DNA of 63,238 bases, counting the filler, from Octopus bimaculoides (Eukaryota), in assembly GCF_001194135.2 (NCBI RefSeq). It is 5 parts of 3 records of this genome, joined end to end, with 100 filler letters (N's around TTAATTAATTAA, not from the genome) between each part and the next. Parts side by side here need not be neighbours in the genome. Positions count along the whole stretch, not along the records: positions 1 to 15,905 come from NC_068983.1; 4 more parts are not named here. One strand, 5' to 3'. The notes beneath the pieces were generated by a model that saw only the letters and a list, made by a program, of their open reading frames with translations, had not been told where the DNA came from and did no database searches. The position numbers and the translations under genes were made by a program. This document shows positions 1 through 14,799 of the stretch, piece after piece. The first letter of the stretch is position 1, and each line of letters begins with the position of its first letter.

Positions 1-87
1 TTTAGCCCAGTATTTACCATGTAGGGGCTTTTCTTGCCATCGTTTTATCATGGTCCGTTGCTGTTCTAGTTTTAGTTTGGAATTCAT

Positions 88-104
88 CATCATCATCATC
101 ATCA

Positions 105-150
<46 letters not shown>

Positions 151-203
151 CATAATTGTTATTATTATTATTATCATCATCATCATCATCATCATCATTA
201 TTA

Positions 204-246
<43 letters not shown>

Positions 247-260
247 CATCATCATTATTA
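88..260. repeat. (ATC)n/(ATT)n microsatellite
   Basis: Read directly from the sequence; source of the poly-I/poly-N ORFs. Confidence 0.97.
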
Positions 261-830
261 TTTGCGGCAAAACAATCAACCATCTCTTGTATATGGATGA
301 TCTAAAACTGTATGCTAAAAATGATAAACAGCTGGAAGCATTACTACAGACATTACGTAAATTTTCGAAAGAAATGAAAACGAAATTTGGCTTAGAAAAA
401 TGTGCCAAAGCAACTTTGAAAAGAGAGAAACTAATTAGGAGTAGCAAATTTACACTAGATAAAGCAAATGAAATAAGAGAACTAGACCAAAGATAGACAT
501 ACAGATACTTAGGAATCAATGAACTAGATACGATGCAACACACACAAATGAAAGAGAAGATAAGAAAGGAATATATCATACGAGCTAGATTCGTACTGAA
601 AACAGGGCTCAATGCGAAAAACAAGATAATAGGTATCAACACTGTAGCTGTTCTAGTTATTGGTTACAGCTACAATATTCCGAACTGGACTCTAAATGAA
701 CTAATCAAAATAGAAAGGAAGCTAAGAAAAATAATAATAGGATTTAGGTTGCACCACCCAAAATCTGACATAGAAAGGCTATATATACAACGTATAGAAT
801 GTGATAGAGGCTTTATATAGCTAGAACATA
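261..830 (+). mobile_element. R4/Dong-like non-LTR retrotransposon RT fragment (5'-truncated)
   Basis: INHLLYMDDLKLYAK RT motif followed by KFGLEKCAK and HHPKSDIERLY; begins directly after an (ATC/ATT)n array. Confidence 0.85.
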
Positions 831-1089
831 ATTACAAAAAGCCATCATTAAAGAAACTAGTATGAATGAACGAGACACTCTCCCAAAAATTCTCAATTCT
901 AACCAAAACTTGAAAATAATTGGTAAAATCTGCCTTGCACTTATGGATATATTTTCAGCTAATGAAGTTGATATTACAGATCTTGACCCCCATACTATGC
1001 ATCCGTGAAAATCTCAACGATTCTATGTGGTGAAATGATTAGAAAACGACAACATTCCCACAAAAATCTTACTTGACAAGAGTGTATTC

Positions 1090-3555
1090 AACACAAAATT
1101 CAGCTACTTAAGTCTGACATAGTTTGACAAGACTATCAAACCAACAAAATCCGAAAATTAAAGAAAAAATATATGAAAACCATATAGAAACTGTCAAGCA
1201 AAAGGCATGTGCCAAAGCTGCCCGCATAGCAAGGTATGAAAAGCGCGTTAGATACTTCAAGGACAACAACATGTTCAAAAATAACCCAAAAACCTTTTAC
1301 AGGAAGATAAGGAAAACACCAGTTACAGTAAAGTCTGTCCCATCAGAAGTGCAAGAATTTTGGAATACAATTTGTGCAGAAAAGAAAACACACAATGAAA
1401 GGGCTCCTTTGATTCTTAGATTCCTCAGAAGAATAAAAGTGGGAGGGTATCAAGGTAGAGGATGTAAGATCTGCTCTCAGGAAGTCAAGCAAATGGAAAT
1501 CTCCATGAAAGGATAAAGTTCCTAACTTCTGGTTGAATGCCTTCCCAGAGAGCCATGAACTGCTAACAAAACTTTACAACAATGTTTTCCAACAACCTAG
1601 TATGATTCCTTCTTGACTAGTTAATGGTGTTACATTCCTACTTCCAAAACATGAAGAAACAAATGAACCAAATCATTACAGACCCATAACCTGCTTAACA
1701 ATAATGTACAAAATACTAATATCTGTCTTGACTGAATATACCTATAGTTTTTCAATAGAAAGTGGCATATTCCCTAATGAGCAAAAAGGATGTAAACGTG
1801 GATATTATGGTTGTAAAGATCAGCTACTCATCAATAAGATGATCTTGGAAGATTGTCACAAACGACACAAAAACGTGTCGATAGCCTGGGTAGACTAGAA
1901 AATGCTTTTGATAGTCTAGTACATTGCTGGATTAAGAAATGTCTGGAAATCCATAAAGTAGCATCTGCTCTGCGAAACTTTTTGTCTGTAAGTATGAGAT
2001 CATGGAGAACCACACTGACTTTGAACAGTGACAATGAATATCTCAATGCTGGAGATGTAAGGATTTGATGTGGCATTTTCCAGGGCTGCTCTTTATCATC
2101 ACTCCTCTTTTGTCTAGCCTTAATATCTCTCTCAAAATTGCTCGATCATGTACAATACGGCTATAAAACGTTTGATAAAAATATAAATCATCTCATTTAC
2201 ATGGATGATTTAAAGCTCTTTGCAAAAATGACCAACAACTACAGGGCTTACTAGCGATTGGTAGACAATTCAGTGATGACATCAGTTTAGCCTCGATAAA
2301 TGTGCAAAAGCTAACTTTATCAAAGGGAAAATGACAGAAACATCCAACGTTAATCTTGACTGACAAAATGTCATAAAGGAGTTAGAACCAGCGGAAAGCT
2401 ACGATATTTGAAGATGGGATATTTGAAGATGATGGAATCAAACATTCAATGATGAGGGAAAGGATCTGGAGCGAATGTTATCGTGGGGTAAGGGCAATTC
2501 TCAAAACAGCTGAATGCAAGAAACAGGATCGAAGTGGTGAATAATTTAGCCATACCGGTCGTGACTTACAGTTTAAATATCATTAACTGGTCAATTACTG
2601 AAATATGTAATCTTGACAGAAAATACGAAAATTGTTGACAATGCATAGAATGCACCACCCTAAGGCAGATATAGAACGACTTAACCTGCCAAGAAAAAGA
2701 GGGTGGCCGTGGACTTTTACAACTGGAATTAACAATGGAGATTGCCACAATTGGCCTAAACACCTGCCTGAAAAACTCTGATGACTGGATGTTAAAACTT
2801 GTCTTAAAGCATGGAAACAAGGAAGCATCATACTCAGTAACAAAACCGGCAAAGGAATATCTAAGTGAATTCGAAATACAAGTCCCAGAATTAGACGTAT
2901 TGGAAACAAGCACAGAAAAATCTAAGCGTATGAAAATATGTGCTAAAACTGCAGGCTTAGATATTCTTACTGATAAATGGAAAGAAATAGCTCTCAGTGG
3001 GAAATACCCAAAGAGAGCTAATAGCACCGATGTTGACAAAGCCCTTATGCATCAATTGTCAGAGTCTTCTGGTTTGACAAAACTCATGCCTCCTCATTGA
3101 TATGACTGTCCCAATCAGCATAAATGTATCTATCAAGACCTACCAAAAACTGAGCAAGTATAAAAATTTTGAAATAGAAATTGGCAAAATGTGGAACCTC
3201 AAGACTAAAACAATACCTGTTGTTATAGGTGCCTTAGGAATGATAGCAAAAGGGGCTGGTTGGTACCTAGCTCAGATACCAGGAAAAAATAGAAGAAATT
3301 CAAAAAATAGTGTTCATGGGAACTGCCATATCCTACGTAAAATACTGTGTATGTAATCCCAAATTTTAAAACAAACTTATAATTTTCTTAAGTTTTCTTA
3401 GACATTCTCTAGAACAATAACTTGTGCAAAACCAAATATATGACACCATAATCATGACACCAGTTTGAACTGCTAACTTGTTGTCTCTTGAGGTTTCTGA
3501 GTGAGACTTGGAGTTAACTTGTACCAATACCAAGCAAAAATTAAACATAATAACA
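1090..3555 (+). mobile_element. Degenerate R4/Dong-like non-LTR retrotransposon (RT to C-terminus; many frameshifts, internal deletion)
   Basis: RPITCL, EQKGCKRGYYGCKDQLLINK, AWVD, YMDDLKLFAK and the C-terminal 'KYK..EIEI.KMWNLKT..IPVVIGALG'; ends before a (CAT)n array. Confidence 0.85.
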
Positions 3556-3562
3556 TCATTGC

Positions 3563-3600
<38 letters not shown>

Positions 3601-5007
3601 CCATTTTCATCATGTTTGCTGTGATGATAATGATGATGATGATGATAATCTTGATGATGATGATGTAGATATCGTTATAATTATAACATCTGTTATTGTT
3701 ACTATTATTTCTATGCTAATTTCCATATAATTACTGTTATATTTATTGTTTTTCCAGCTGTTTTTTCAGTTAGTCTAGGCTGTAGCTTCCTTCTAATATT
3801 CTTTAATTGTAGGTCACTTAGCCACCGTTTACATATGATTTGGCACATTTGATGCGCCTCTCATTTGTTCAGCATCTGGAAATATGCCAAATACTTAATG
3901 ATGATGAAAGTAATAATGATGAGAATGAAACATAAGTTGAAGAAGAAGAGGGGGATTTCTAACTTACGAATATGCTCAATTTATATCAGTTTCCTTTTCT
4001 TCCTGCCAGGGAAATGTTTGTTTAATCACTATTTGCTTTGTTTGTTGTTGTCGTTGTTATTTTTACTTCTATTTGACAGAGAAAACCTATGATCAAAGGT
4101 TTTCTAGCCATGACAACCTCTGTTTATATTTAGCTTTAAACCTAGTGTATGTAAGACTACATTTTCCAAAACTCTTCGCTGTTGTGATTGAAGGGTGATT
4201 TGGCAACCATTTCTATCAGATCAGATAGTAGCACGTTGTACTCTGTCATTAGCACTCAAGGAATATGCATCGGTCGCACTATTACGTAGCAGCGGCTGCT
4301 GGATTAGCAGATTCGGTGATGAAGTGGGAAATGCCCTCCGGTAATAATTTACTTCTCTTTGCTTTCTGAATTGAATTACTGCTGTAGTCAGCTTAGCTTT
4401 AACCTTTACGGATGTATAGACAGAATAAGCATAACTAAAATACTGTGGTCGGTATAATCGACTGTTGCCATGCTCCCCACCCTGCCCACCCCAAAAGGAA
4501 AAAATGTGTGGTCTTTTGCCAAAGAAATAAATTATTATTAAGAGCAGTAGATTAGTAGAACAACTGCCTCGCAATATTTTCCATTACATTTTATATTCCG
4601 AGTTCAGACACCGCTGAAGTCAAGTTTGTCTATTATCAATGCTGGGTTGATAAGATTAGTATCAATAAAGTTTTAGGAACGATATAATCGACTGTTCTGT
4701 TCCCTACAAATTTTAATCTAGCGCCAATGCAAGAAATCATCATTGTCTAACAAAATGTCTTACAGCACATATTCTGACTCCTTCTTTATGTTCTGAGTTC
4801 AAATTATACCAAGGCCAATTTTGCTTTTACATCCTTCCAGGTTTTATAAAATAGAATACCGGTAAAAGTCTGGAGCCAATGGTATCGATTAACACCCGCT
4901 TCTCCAAATCTTAATACCTGGTACCTGAATCAACAATCCTAATGATGATGATGATGATCATCATCATCATCATCATCATCATTATTATTATTATTATTAT
5001 TATTATT

Positions 5008-5369
5008 CAGTAGTTTTATTTTTATAACGTGCTTTCACTTCACTACCGAGCGCAGCTCTGTGCGCCTTGGGTATGTGCTGTGGTTTGCTGTGGTGCTCTT
5101 ATGTTTACTGTATTGAAAGTGTTTTGCGTAGAATGTGTGCAGTACCCAGTAGTGCAATTTTCTGTATGTTATATATATTTGTAAGTCCTGGTGTTTTTGT
5201 TATGTATTTGTCTGAATATTTTTTTATTATACCTAAGGCACCTACTATGATAGGAATTGTTTCTGTTTTTAGATTCCACATTCGAGTTATCTCTATTTCC
5301 AGGTCTTTGTATTTTGAAAGTTTTTCCATTTCTTTTAGAGAAACGTTGTCATCTGCTGGTATTGAAACA
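5008..5369 (-). mobile_element. Short 5'-truncated R4/Dong-like retrotransposon 3' end inside a (TAA)n array
   Basis: Open frame EKLSKYKDLEIEITRMWNLKTETIPIIVGALG...KIALLGTAHILRKTLSIQ*, then a 3' UTR; TAA repeats abut both ends. Confidence 0.9.
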
Positions 5370-5539
5370 TTATTATTATTATTATTATTACTATTATTAT
5401 TATCATTATTATCATCATCATCATCATCGTCATCATCATTATTATTATGCAGCGAGCAGGTAGGATCGTTAACAGATGGACAAAAACTGGGATGGGATAA
5501 CGAGCAGGGTGACTACTCTTACCCAGATATGAGTCGAGA

Positions 5540-6102
5540 GAAAGCTATCCCTCAAAGGTCAGAGACAGGTGGCCAATGTGTATATCGCGTCCGTCATCTA
5601 CTATCGTTTGACCGTTTTGCTTTGTCTCGGCCATCGTCTGTTTAGATTAGAGCGTATACTCTTCCACTTCTTGTGGAAGGAACGCGACCCGATAGTCAGG
5701 CGGTTTATCTGCTATCAACACCCGCCTCACGGTGGCCTGGGCATACCGTGGTTTACGATAAACTTCACAGGCATGGAAGGGCCGTAAGCCGAGCATGTCC
5801 GAGATGCCTGTAGGTCGACGAGACAATGCTGCATGCCTTCGTCCAGTGCCCGAGCATTGCTGACCTATGGGTTTATGTCGAACACCTACTATTGCGTGTA
5901 GGACGGATCCGGCTGCCAACTGAATCTGTCATGAGGATCGTCTCGCCGCCTTCCTTTAACCGGAAAGGAAAGACTGTGCTTATATGGCTGGTGGCCATGG
6001 CGAAAGTGGTTGTAATGTGGACAAGATTGAAGGGTCTGAAGACAAACACTTTTCTCTTTGGTCAATCCCTGATGAACTTCAAGTTTCACTTGAAAAGGAA
6101 AA
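5540..6102 (+). mobile_element. Tx1/L1-clade LINE ORF2 C-terminal fragment
   Basis: 'LFHFLWK...GGLGIPW' and 'HAFVQCPSIADLW' zinc-knuckle region; internal deletion and frameshifts. Confidence 0.75.
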
Positions 6103-6179
6103 TATTATTATTATTATTATTATTGTTATTATTATTATTATCGTTATTATTGTTATTGTTATATTTATCATTATTATGC

Positions 6180-6520
6180 TGTCACATGCTACTTCAGTTA
6201 ATAGAGATGTTGCCTTGAAATTTTATGACAAGTCTCCTCAATTCTCAAGTATCTTCCTTAAAAGTTTTTTCAATGTGCAAAATTACACTTTTCTACAAGC
6301 TGGTAATACGTGTCTCAATTCAATTACCTTCAGTCTCTTCGGTAGCAGTTTGGATACTGTGCTACGTGCGCCAACCACCACAAAAACAACTGTCACCATT
6401 GTCTTCTACAATCTTTTCATCGGTTTAACTAGATTCTGATACTTCTTAATTTTCACAATGTCTTTGGTATCCACTATTATCATATGGTAAAACAAATTCT
6501 CTGATCTTACCCTTTTTTTA
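6180..6520 (-). mobile_element. Degenerate REL-endonuclease retrotransposon C-terminal fragment
   Basis: Minus-strand translation KKYQNLVKPMKRL*..VVVGARSTVSKLLPKRL resembles the KYQDL...VVIGALG pattern. Confidence 0.6.
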
Positions 6521-8870
6521 TTTTTTTTTTTACTTATTTTCGATCATTCCATCCTCTGGTTCATATTCATTCCACTTTTCTGTTATTCTGAATCCACATT
6601 CTTGATTAAAATCTTATTACACTCTTTTGCTAACACAGTCAATACCCGCACTTATACTCTTCTTTCTGCTAGCTTTACTAAATTCACTTGAGATGGTTAA
6701 CACTTTCCTCTATTTTTCTGCAGATTCTGCATTTACTCTCTCACTTTAACTAATCTTTGTCTTTTTCAAGTTCGTTATATTGCCTTGTTTCCGAGCAGTA
6801 ATTATCAGCGATTCAGGTTCTCAATTCATGTTGTTACCGATCAGCCACAATCAGCGTTCTTCACTTGCAACATATGCGATCGTCCTTCTGTTCTTAAATT
6901 CTTCTACAGTTGCAGTAACATTTTGAATGTTTCTAGCCGCAGATAATATTCTTTCTTCACTTCGCACAGCATAGCTTTTCAAACACGGTATAGCAGTACT
7001 GACAAGATATTCTTAGTTTAAAATCTTCCGCTCTTGGTAGGGAAGTAAGGAAGAAACTAATACCATTCATGACTGATGGATACCGATATTTCGAGATTTT
7101 GGTGGCACTCCTCACTCCTGAATAGGATCGGTGGAAGTGAGTTGTTTCACCTGTTTATGGCTTTCAGGTGTTTTAACACCCAGCGTAATGAGGGAATCGT
7201 CTCCTTGGCGTTATATCGCAGCGAACCGACGAACAGACAAAACACATACATTAAGTATGAGTGGTTGATAATGTTTATAACACTAGCGCTGCATTTAATT
7301 CATTACTCGATTTAATCTTATGTATGCACTGTTGTGACATACTAACAAATAGTTTTTTTTACATTATTTATATTTAGTCAGACACTGGCGATTCGATTCC
7401 TCTCCGGTTCGATTCAGATACGTGATGTTGATAAGCCACAAAAATGGCGAAATATCGGACTCTATCACACCTGAATGTTATCGGGAGCGAGTTGTCTTAC
7501 CTGTCTATGACTTTCATATACTTTAACATCCGGCGTAATGAGGGAGTCGTCCCTCAGGCGCTATTCCACAGCAAACCGGCGAACAAACAAAACACGTATA
7601 TTGAGTGTGTGCAGTCGATAATGTTTACAACACTAGCGCTGCTAGTCATTGAATGTGTGTGTGAATGTGTGAGTGTGTGTGTGTATGTATATGTATGTGT
7701 GTATTTGTGTGTATGTGTATGTGTGTGTGTGCGTCAGATGATTTGATTTCACCCTGATTTTCGCAAGCTCGTAGGGAGGCCTTGATTTTCTCAGACAGGG
7801 GAATTAACGCAAACACGAAAATGACGAAAACGAGTCTCCCTGAAAAATCTCCCTCCATATTTTCACACTTCTTTATGATTCACTACCGTATTTTAGTTCT
7901 ACTTTCCACAATCTCATTGCTTTTCCTAAAAGTTACTCATCGTTTCCTTGATACACACATAAACCACCGCCGCCACCACCGCCGCGAGTGGATCTAAGAA
8001 ACTCCAAGAGCTAAGGGTGTAGAACATTAGCGTATGATTTTCTGTGCCTTTTTTCAGAAAGCTATACAAATTAATTACGGACACCCTCCACTTTCTCTGG
8101 GCTTGTATGTTAGCACTGTCTTGCCTTTATCAACCATGCTGCTATTTTATTCTCTGTACAATCAGTAAGAAAGCGTTGTATATAACTGTATGCACTTGTA
8201 AGATTTTTAAGAGTGATACATTACCAAACTGTGAACGCAGGTGATTTCCAGTTTGGTATTGTATTGCGACGAGGAGCTGTTGCTCACTATTATAACACAC
8301 ATTACAAAGCGAAATTTGATAGGAAAACACTGGAAGAAAATACATACTTTATAGAATGCCACTCATGTATAGAAGATTAATTACGAAAATTATACTCATA
8401 TTGCGACACAATGCCAAAATTAATACTTACACACACCAAAATCTTCTGCCATTAAAAAACCGAAAGGTCAAAATTTGCCCGTGACAGACAAATCAACATA
8501 TGACTGTTGATGCATGATGCTAATGCTCAAAAAAACCTTTGGGAGGAAAATTTACAAAGATTCAGTCAGAAATAACACAATGAATCAACACAAGTGCAAA
8601 ATATATTCAATTTAATTCTTTAAAAAGGAATGTTTGAAAGTCTAGAAAATAGGATATAGATTTAAGTACTCCACTGTTCCAAACCAGCTGCTTCACGATA
8701 ACAAGAAAATACGAAAAATATAATATAAAAAAGACAAAACTGGAACATAGTCGTTTAGTTAGGGAGACATACGTGTAATATATATATACACACACACATA
8801 TATATGCACAAACGCATACACTCTCTCACACACACGTGCACACGCACACACTCACATATATATATATATA

Positions 8871-9183
8871 CGTGGCTTAGTGGTTAGGGCATTCGGCTCA
8901 CGATCATAAGGTCATAGGTTCGATTCCTGGTGACGCGTTGTGCTCCTGAGCAAAACGCTTTATTTCACGTTGCTCCAGTTCACTCAACTGGCAAAAATGG
9001 GTAGTACTTGTATTTCAAAGGGCCAGCTTTGTCACATTGTATAACGCCGAATCTCCATGAGAACTACGTTAATGATACCTGCGTCTGTGGAGTGCCCAGC
9101 CACTTCCACGTTAATTTCACGAGCAAGCTGTTCTGTTGATTGGATCAACTGGAATCCTTGTAGTTGTAACCGACGGAGTGCTA
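8871..9183 (+). mobile_element. tRNA-derived SINE related to family A
   Basis: gtggcttagtggttaggg head, ggttcgattcc B box and the shared 3' end gttaatttcacgagc...cgacggagtg; similar copies at 34583-34894 and 39345-39642 (+) and about 32150-32430 (-). Confidence 0.8.
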
Positions 9184-9191
9184 GAAGAGGA

Positions 9192-9268
<77 letters not shown>

Positions 9269-12083
9269 CATGTGTTTGTGACAGGGGAAGCTACCAGACC
9301 CACTGTTATTTTAAATTTCGGGTACATACATTCCCACACACACAATGGTTCCAATATCAATTTCAAATGAAAATTGATATTTGGATGGGACTGACATAAA
9401 TCAATCAATATCTAGCAAGGTACATTGTCATTTATTCCACTCACTATACACATAATCATACACAGACTCTCACCCTAATTCACAAGCACAAATACACACA
9501 TAACATTTTTCTTTTTTACAAACGAGAGAATTTTTTTCAATATTATCGTGCATTTTCTTTATGCATATAGTACTTGTATATGTCACTGTTCGGAATTTTA
9601 CATTTTGCAGCTGAATTCAATATGTGTGTATGGCTCTATGCACCCTTTTCCCACTTCTCATGATAACAGTCGTATGAACCGTATTAGACATTAATACAAT
9701 CTTCAGTTAACTAAATTGGGTATTTAATAAAAGGACGCTCAATAAGTATAACATTGTAATATAATAATAAAGCAACTACACCGGCCAATATAAGCAACTA
9801 ACATAATAACTAACGTGAGAGCCTCTACGGGTTGCTCGACCTTGAAATACCGGCAAAATATTCTTGAAACATATGAAACGTACAACACACAATCTTTGAA
9901 AATGAAGAGCGCATTGAATATAGCCATAGATACATATGATTGAAAAAATTGAATGGATGACTCTAAATGGAATACTATGGTCACATATCTTTACGATCAG
10001 AGCAACTAGGAAGGCAACTAAAATAACTAGAGCAGGCAGCTGATAAAGTTGTATATAAACCATATTTGAAATAGTCTGTTACAAGCCTTCTTGACCGAAA
10101 TAAAATGCTAATTGTATCATAATATTTATCGTAAACTAAGACAAGAAAAGTATACTGACCAATTGGTAGTTATATTTAGAATCAGTTCTGGAGATAAACA
10201 GGAAGAACTACTAAACGGTAAGTGATAAAGAGCATAGTTCACAAGTAATTTCACACAGCAAAATTATTTATGTAGTCAGTGTAATTATTTAGTAGTTTTT
10301 GGATGAGACATCTGATATTTAGGTTTTCAATGCGGAAGGACAAACACTTTATATAGAATTTTACAGTCACATGCTGACCCGGTAAAGATTCTGAATTCTC
10401 GGGGAGTTACTCCACCAAGTGGATGATAAGTGGTATATAGTTTAGTACTACATGGGTTACCGTGAGGGTGTATGGCCTAATGGTTAGGGTGTCGCACTCA
10501 GGATTGCGAGATCTTTGTTCCAATTCCTGGAGCGGGTTAGTGCGTTCTGTTCTTCCTATCACGTTACTCTGCGATCACTTCGACAACTCACGTGTTGTAC
10601 ACCGAGCACCTGTTCAGACAACGTTGATTTTATATGCAGCACATACATTTGATCACTATAAACAAATAATTTGTGTAGATTGTTCAGCGAGAAATTGCGT
10701 AACCATCTTTCTCGGAACACAAGAGACTACCATCCCTCTACGGGTTATAGTAAAACAGACGCAGTCTATGTTAATGTGTTACTTTGTCTTGTTTTCTATA
10801 ACATTTCCATTCATATCTAAAATGTACTCTAGGAATAGAAATTCACCCAAGTATTTCACTTGTAATTAATTATATCGAAGCAGGAAGGATGAAAAGCAAA
10901 GCTGATTTTGGCCAGATTTGAATTCGGAATGTAAAGACACGGAACTAAATATTTGAAGGTAGTTCATCCAGTGATCTACCAATTCTGCCAATCGACATAC
11001 TTACTTAATTACGTTTCATTACGGTTTGAGTTCAAATCTTGCCAGTGTTAAGTCTGCTTTTATCTTTTCAGGGCCAAATGAATAAGTACCAGTTAAGTTC
11101 TTGGAACTGATACAATCGACTGTTAAACACAAAGAAAGCTACCCGAATAGGTTTTAACTTTATGCCTGTATAAGAATTCACTAAATTTATTTAATGTATT
11201 TTTATATGTATATTTTCTAAACATCCAGTGATTCACAGAAATTGGTATTTAGGTACGATTTTATTGGAAGTTTACTTCTTGCATATGACACACAACTACA
11301 GTATCTCTAACCATATTATTAAATTTTCATGGCATTGATATCTTTCACCATAAACATTATCAGTGGAAGTTAAGTGAAAATTATTCAGCTGAAGATGCGA
11401 ATAAAATTGTGGATTCTGATCTCCAGCACAATTCATTTCTAACGTACCACTTACTGTTGCGAAATATTGATTATATTGATGTATAAGTACAGATATCTGT
11501 AAGAGCTGCATGAAAGCTCATAGACGCCAAGCCCTGAAATTTAAAAATCAGTAGAAAGGAAGACACTAGGAAATCAGTTAGAAATCTTAGACAATTTACT
11601 CCTATCATTCTATGTTGGGAGTTCAAATTCAGGCTTCGAAAGGAAATGATTTTCTATTTTATTCCTGTGCGTCAATGTAATATACTGTAATTTGATTCGA
11701 TCTATTTTAACCACCCGCTATTCTTACAAGTTTAAAGTCTTGGACAAATGTAAGAAATCAAATGGACGCAGCCGAGTGGATAAGAATTTCACTTCGCAAA
11801 CACATGGATCTATTTTCGGTCCCCCGGCACGGCAACTTGTCGAAATATCAGTCTAAAGGTCATCAATTCGCGTCATGCCGCCATCATCCTCTTGAGTATC
11901 TGAAGTGAACAGTTGTAGTGGATTAAATCGATAACATATCTAAAATATCACCAAAGTTACAATGCTGAATTTTCAACTGGAAACGTTTAAATATTGATCC
12001 CCATGATACAATAACATGACAATATTAACGGAAGTAACAATTCAAATGAACGTGAATTTTCTTCGATGTGAACTTTATTCTGA

Positions 12084-12084
12084 G

Positions 12085-12153
<69 letters not shown>

Positions 12154-12290
12154 ATGTTTTGCTCTCATTCANNNNNNNNNNNNNNNNNNNNNNNNNNNNT
12201 GATGGTGGTGGTGGTGGTGGTGGTGGTGGTGGTGGTGGCGGTGGTAGTAGTAGTAGCAGTAGTAGTAGTAGTAGTAGTAGTAGTAGTTGC
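12084..12290. repeat. (GTA)n/(GTG)n microsatellite with an internal N gap
   Basis: Read directly from the sequence. Confidence 0.95.
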
Positions 12291-12489
12291 TGATAGTTTT
12301 GTCCCTTCAGCAAAATAAGCTAATTGTTTTAATCTTCTACAGCTCAGCCATTCAGTGTTTGCAGTGAATACACATTCATTGAAAATTGAAGATAGTGAAA
12401 ACAAAGCCCTGAGACATGGTAATGCATTTCATGTTTCACATTAAGGTTAGTTAGGAAAGAAAATAAATGGAAGTCGCAGGCCATGTGCG

Positions 12490-12523
<34 letters not shown>

Positions 12524-12597
12524 TGTATGTATGTATGTATGCATGCATGTATGTATGTGTGTGTATGTGCGTATGTATATGCGTGCGTGTGTATATA

Positions 12598-12671
<74 letters not shown>

Positions 12672-13003
12672 GTGTATCTGTATAATACACATATTATTCA
12701 GGAGTAATTACGGGGACTACAGAATTCATTAATAAAATCATTTTCTCTATTTTCACTTGTTAAAATTAAGCGATAAAAATACACAACAGGCACACACACA
12801 CGCACACACTCACACAAGCACACACACACACATCACAGCACAACACAACAGAATATGAATAGTCCATTGCGTTGTATGTATCTTTTCTCTTTATGTTCCA
12901 CTAAAGAATTGGGAAAATGATTGAACTATAGAAACCTTTGTATATGAGAGACTCTATGTATACGTGTGAGTGCTGCTGTGTATGTGAGTCGGCGTCTATG
13001 AGT

Positions 13004-13606
<603 letters not shown>

Positions 13607-14401
13607 GGAAGACGACATATTCAAACAACTACTCTTTCAATCTCTTGAATAATTATTTATCAAAGAAACAATGAGGGTGGGAATTATTTGCTTAGAGCAA
13701 TCTTTTGACACAAAGGGAATGAAGTTTGGATAGGTTTATAGCTTTTAACAAATTTATTTGTATTTCATATTTAATTATTTATTCTCACATTCTTTATTTT
13801 GCGCCATTTTTGTCGTTCACCCTCTTCGTATGAAATCATGAATTTATAATTAGGTGGCGATTGTATATTTTAATATTAGTTTTCTTCATGAAAACAAAGA
13901 AACAATTTTTTCTTGTTTACAAGATTAGCTATTTTCGTGTATTGTTTTCACTGTCAATGGTTATTGTTGTTCTATAATTTTTAGTTTTTGATCATACATA
14001 TTTATAACATGCACGATGGAATTTACATCAAGCGGTTGTGAATAAATTAATATTTGTTAAAAATTTAACCCTTATAAAACATTGTCATGCACTTAAATAC
14101 ATGGCCACAAACACACACATACACTCACACGCACCATATACATGTGTATGTGTATGTGTGTGTGTGTACATTACAACAGATAAGGAACAAGCAAAACACT
14201 TGGCGTCAATCTTGAACATTTAATTTATAATATAAACATAGTGCAGAATAATTTTATTTAAAAAACACGTAAAGTCTCCTACAGCTATTTCTAGAATAGT
14301 GCAGCATATGGATCATATGATATTGAGCAAAGAATTCCACGTAAGCTAAGTATTCTGTCATCAGAGAGAGAGTGAGAGACGGAGAGACAGAGAGACAGAA
14401 A

Positions 14402-14503
<102 letters not shown>

Positions 14504-14799
14504 AGAAAGTATAGAAATGTAGAATATCCTCAATCGACGATATTCTATAGAAATGTAGAATACCATCAATCGAGAGACCAAGAAATGTCGAGGGTGAAAG
14601 ATAGATGTGTTTTGTATTTCCATGATCGAAGAGTTAATAAAATCCTAGGTAAAAGATAATGTCAGTTACCAGTTCCATAGGTGAAGTTTCGAGGAGACTT
14701 CCTGACAAAAGATGAAGGAAGATACTATAATTCCATCTTTGAATAGAGTGGAATCACCTGAATTAAATAGATTCACTTGCAGATTCTTAGATATCATGA

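Noticed and set aside
8241-8380. + strand peptide GDFQFGIVLRRGAVAHYYNTHYKAKFDRKTLEENTYFIECHSCIED*
   Set aside because: The acceptor lacks a pyrimidine tract, no family was recognised, and there are no supporting + strand exons.
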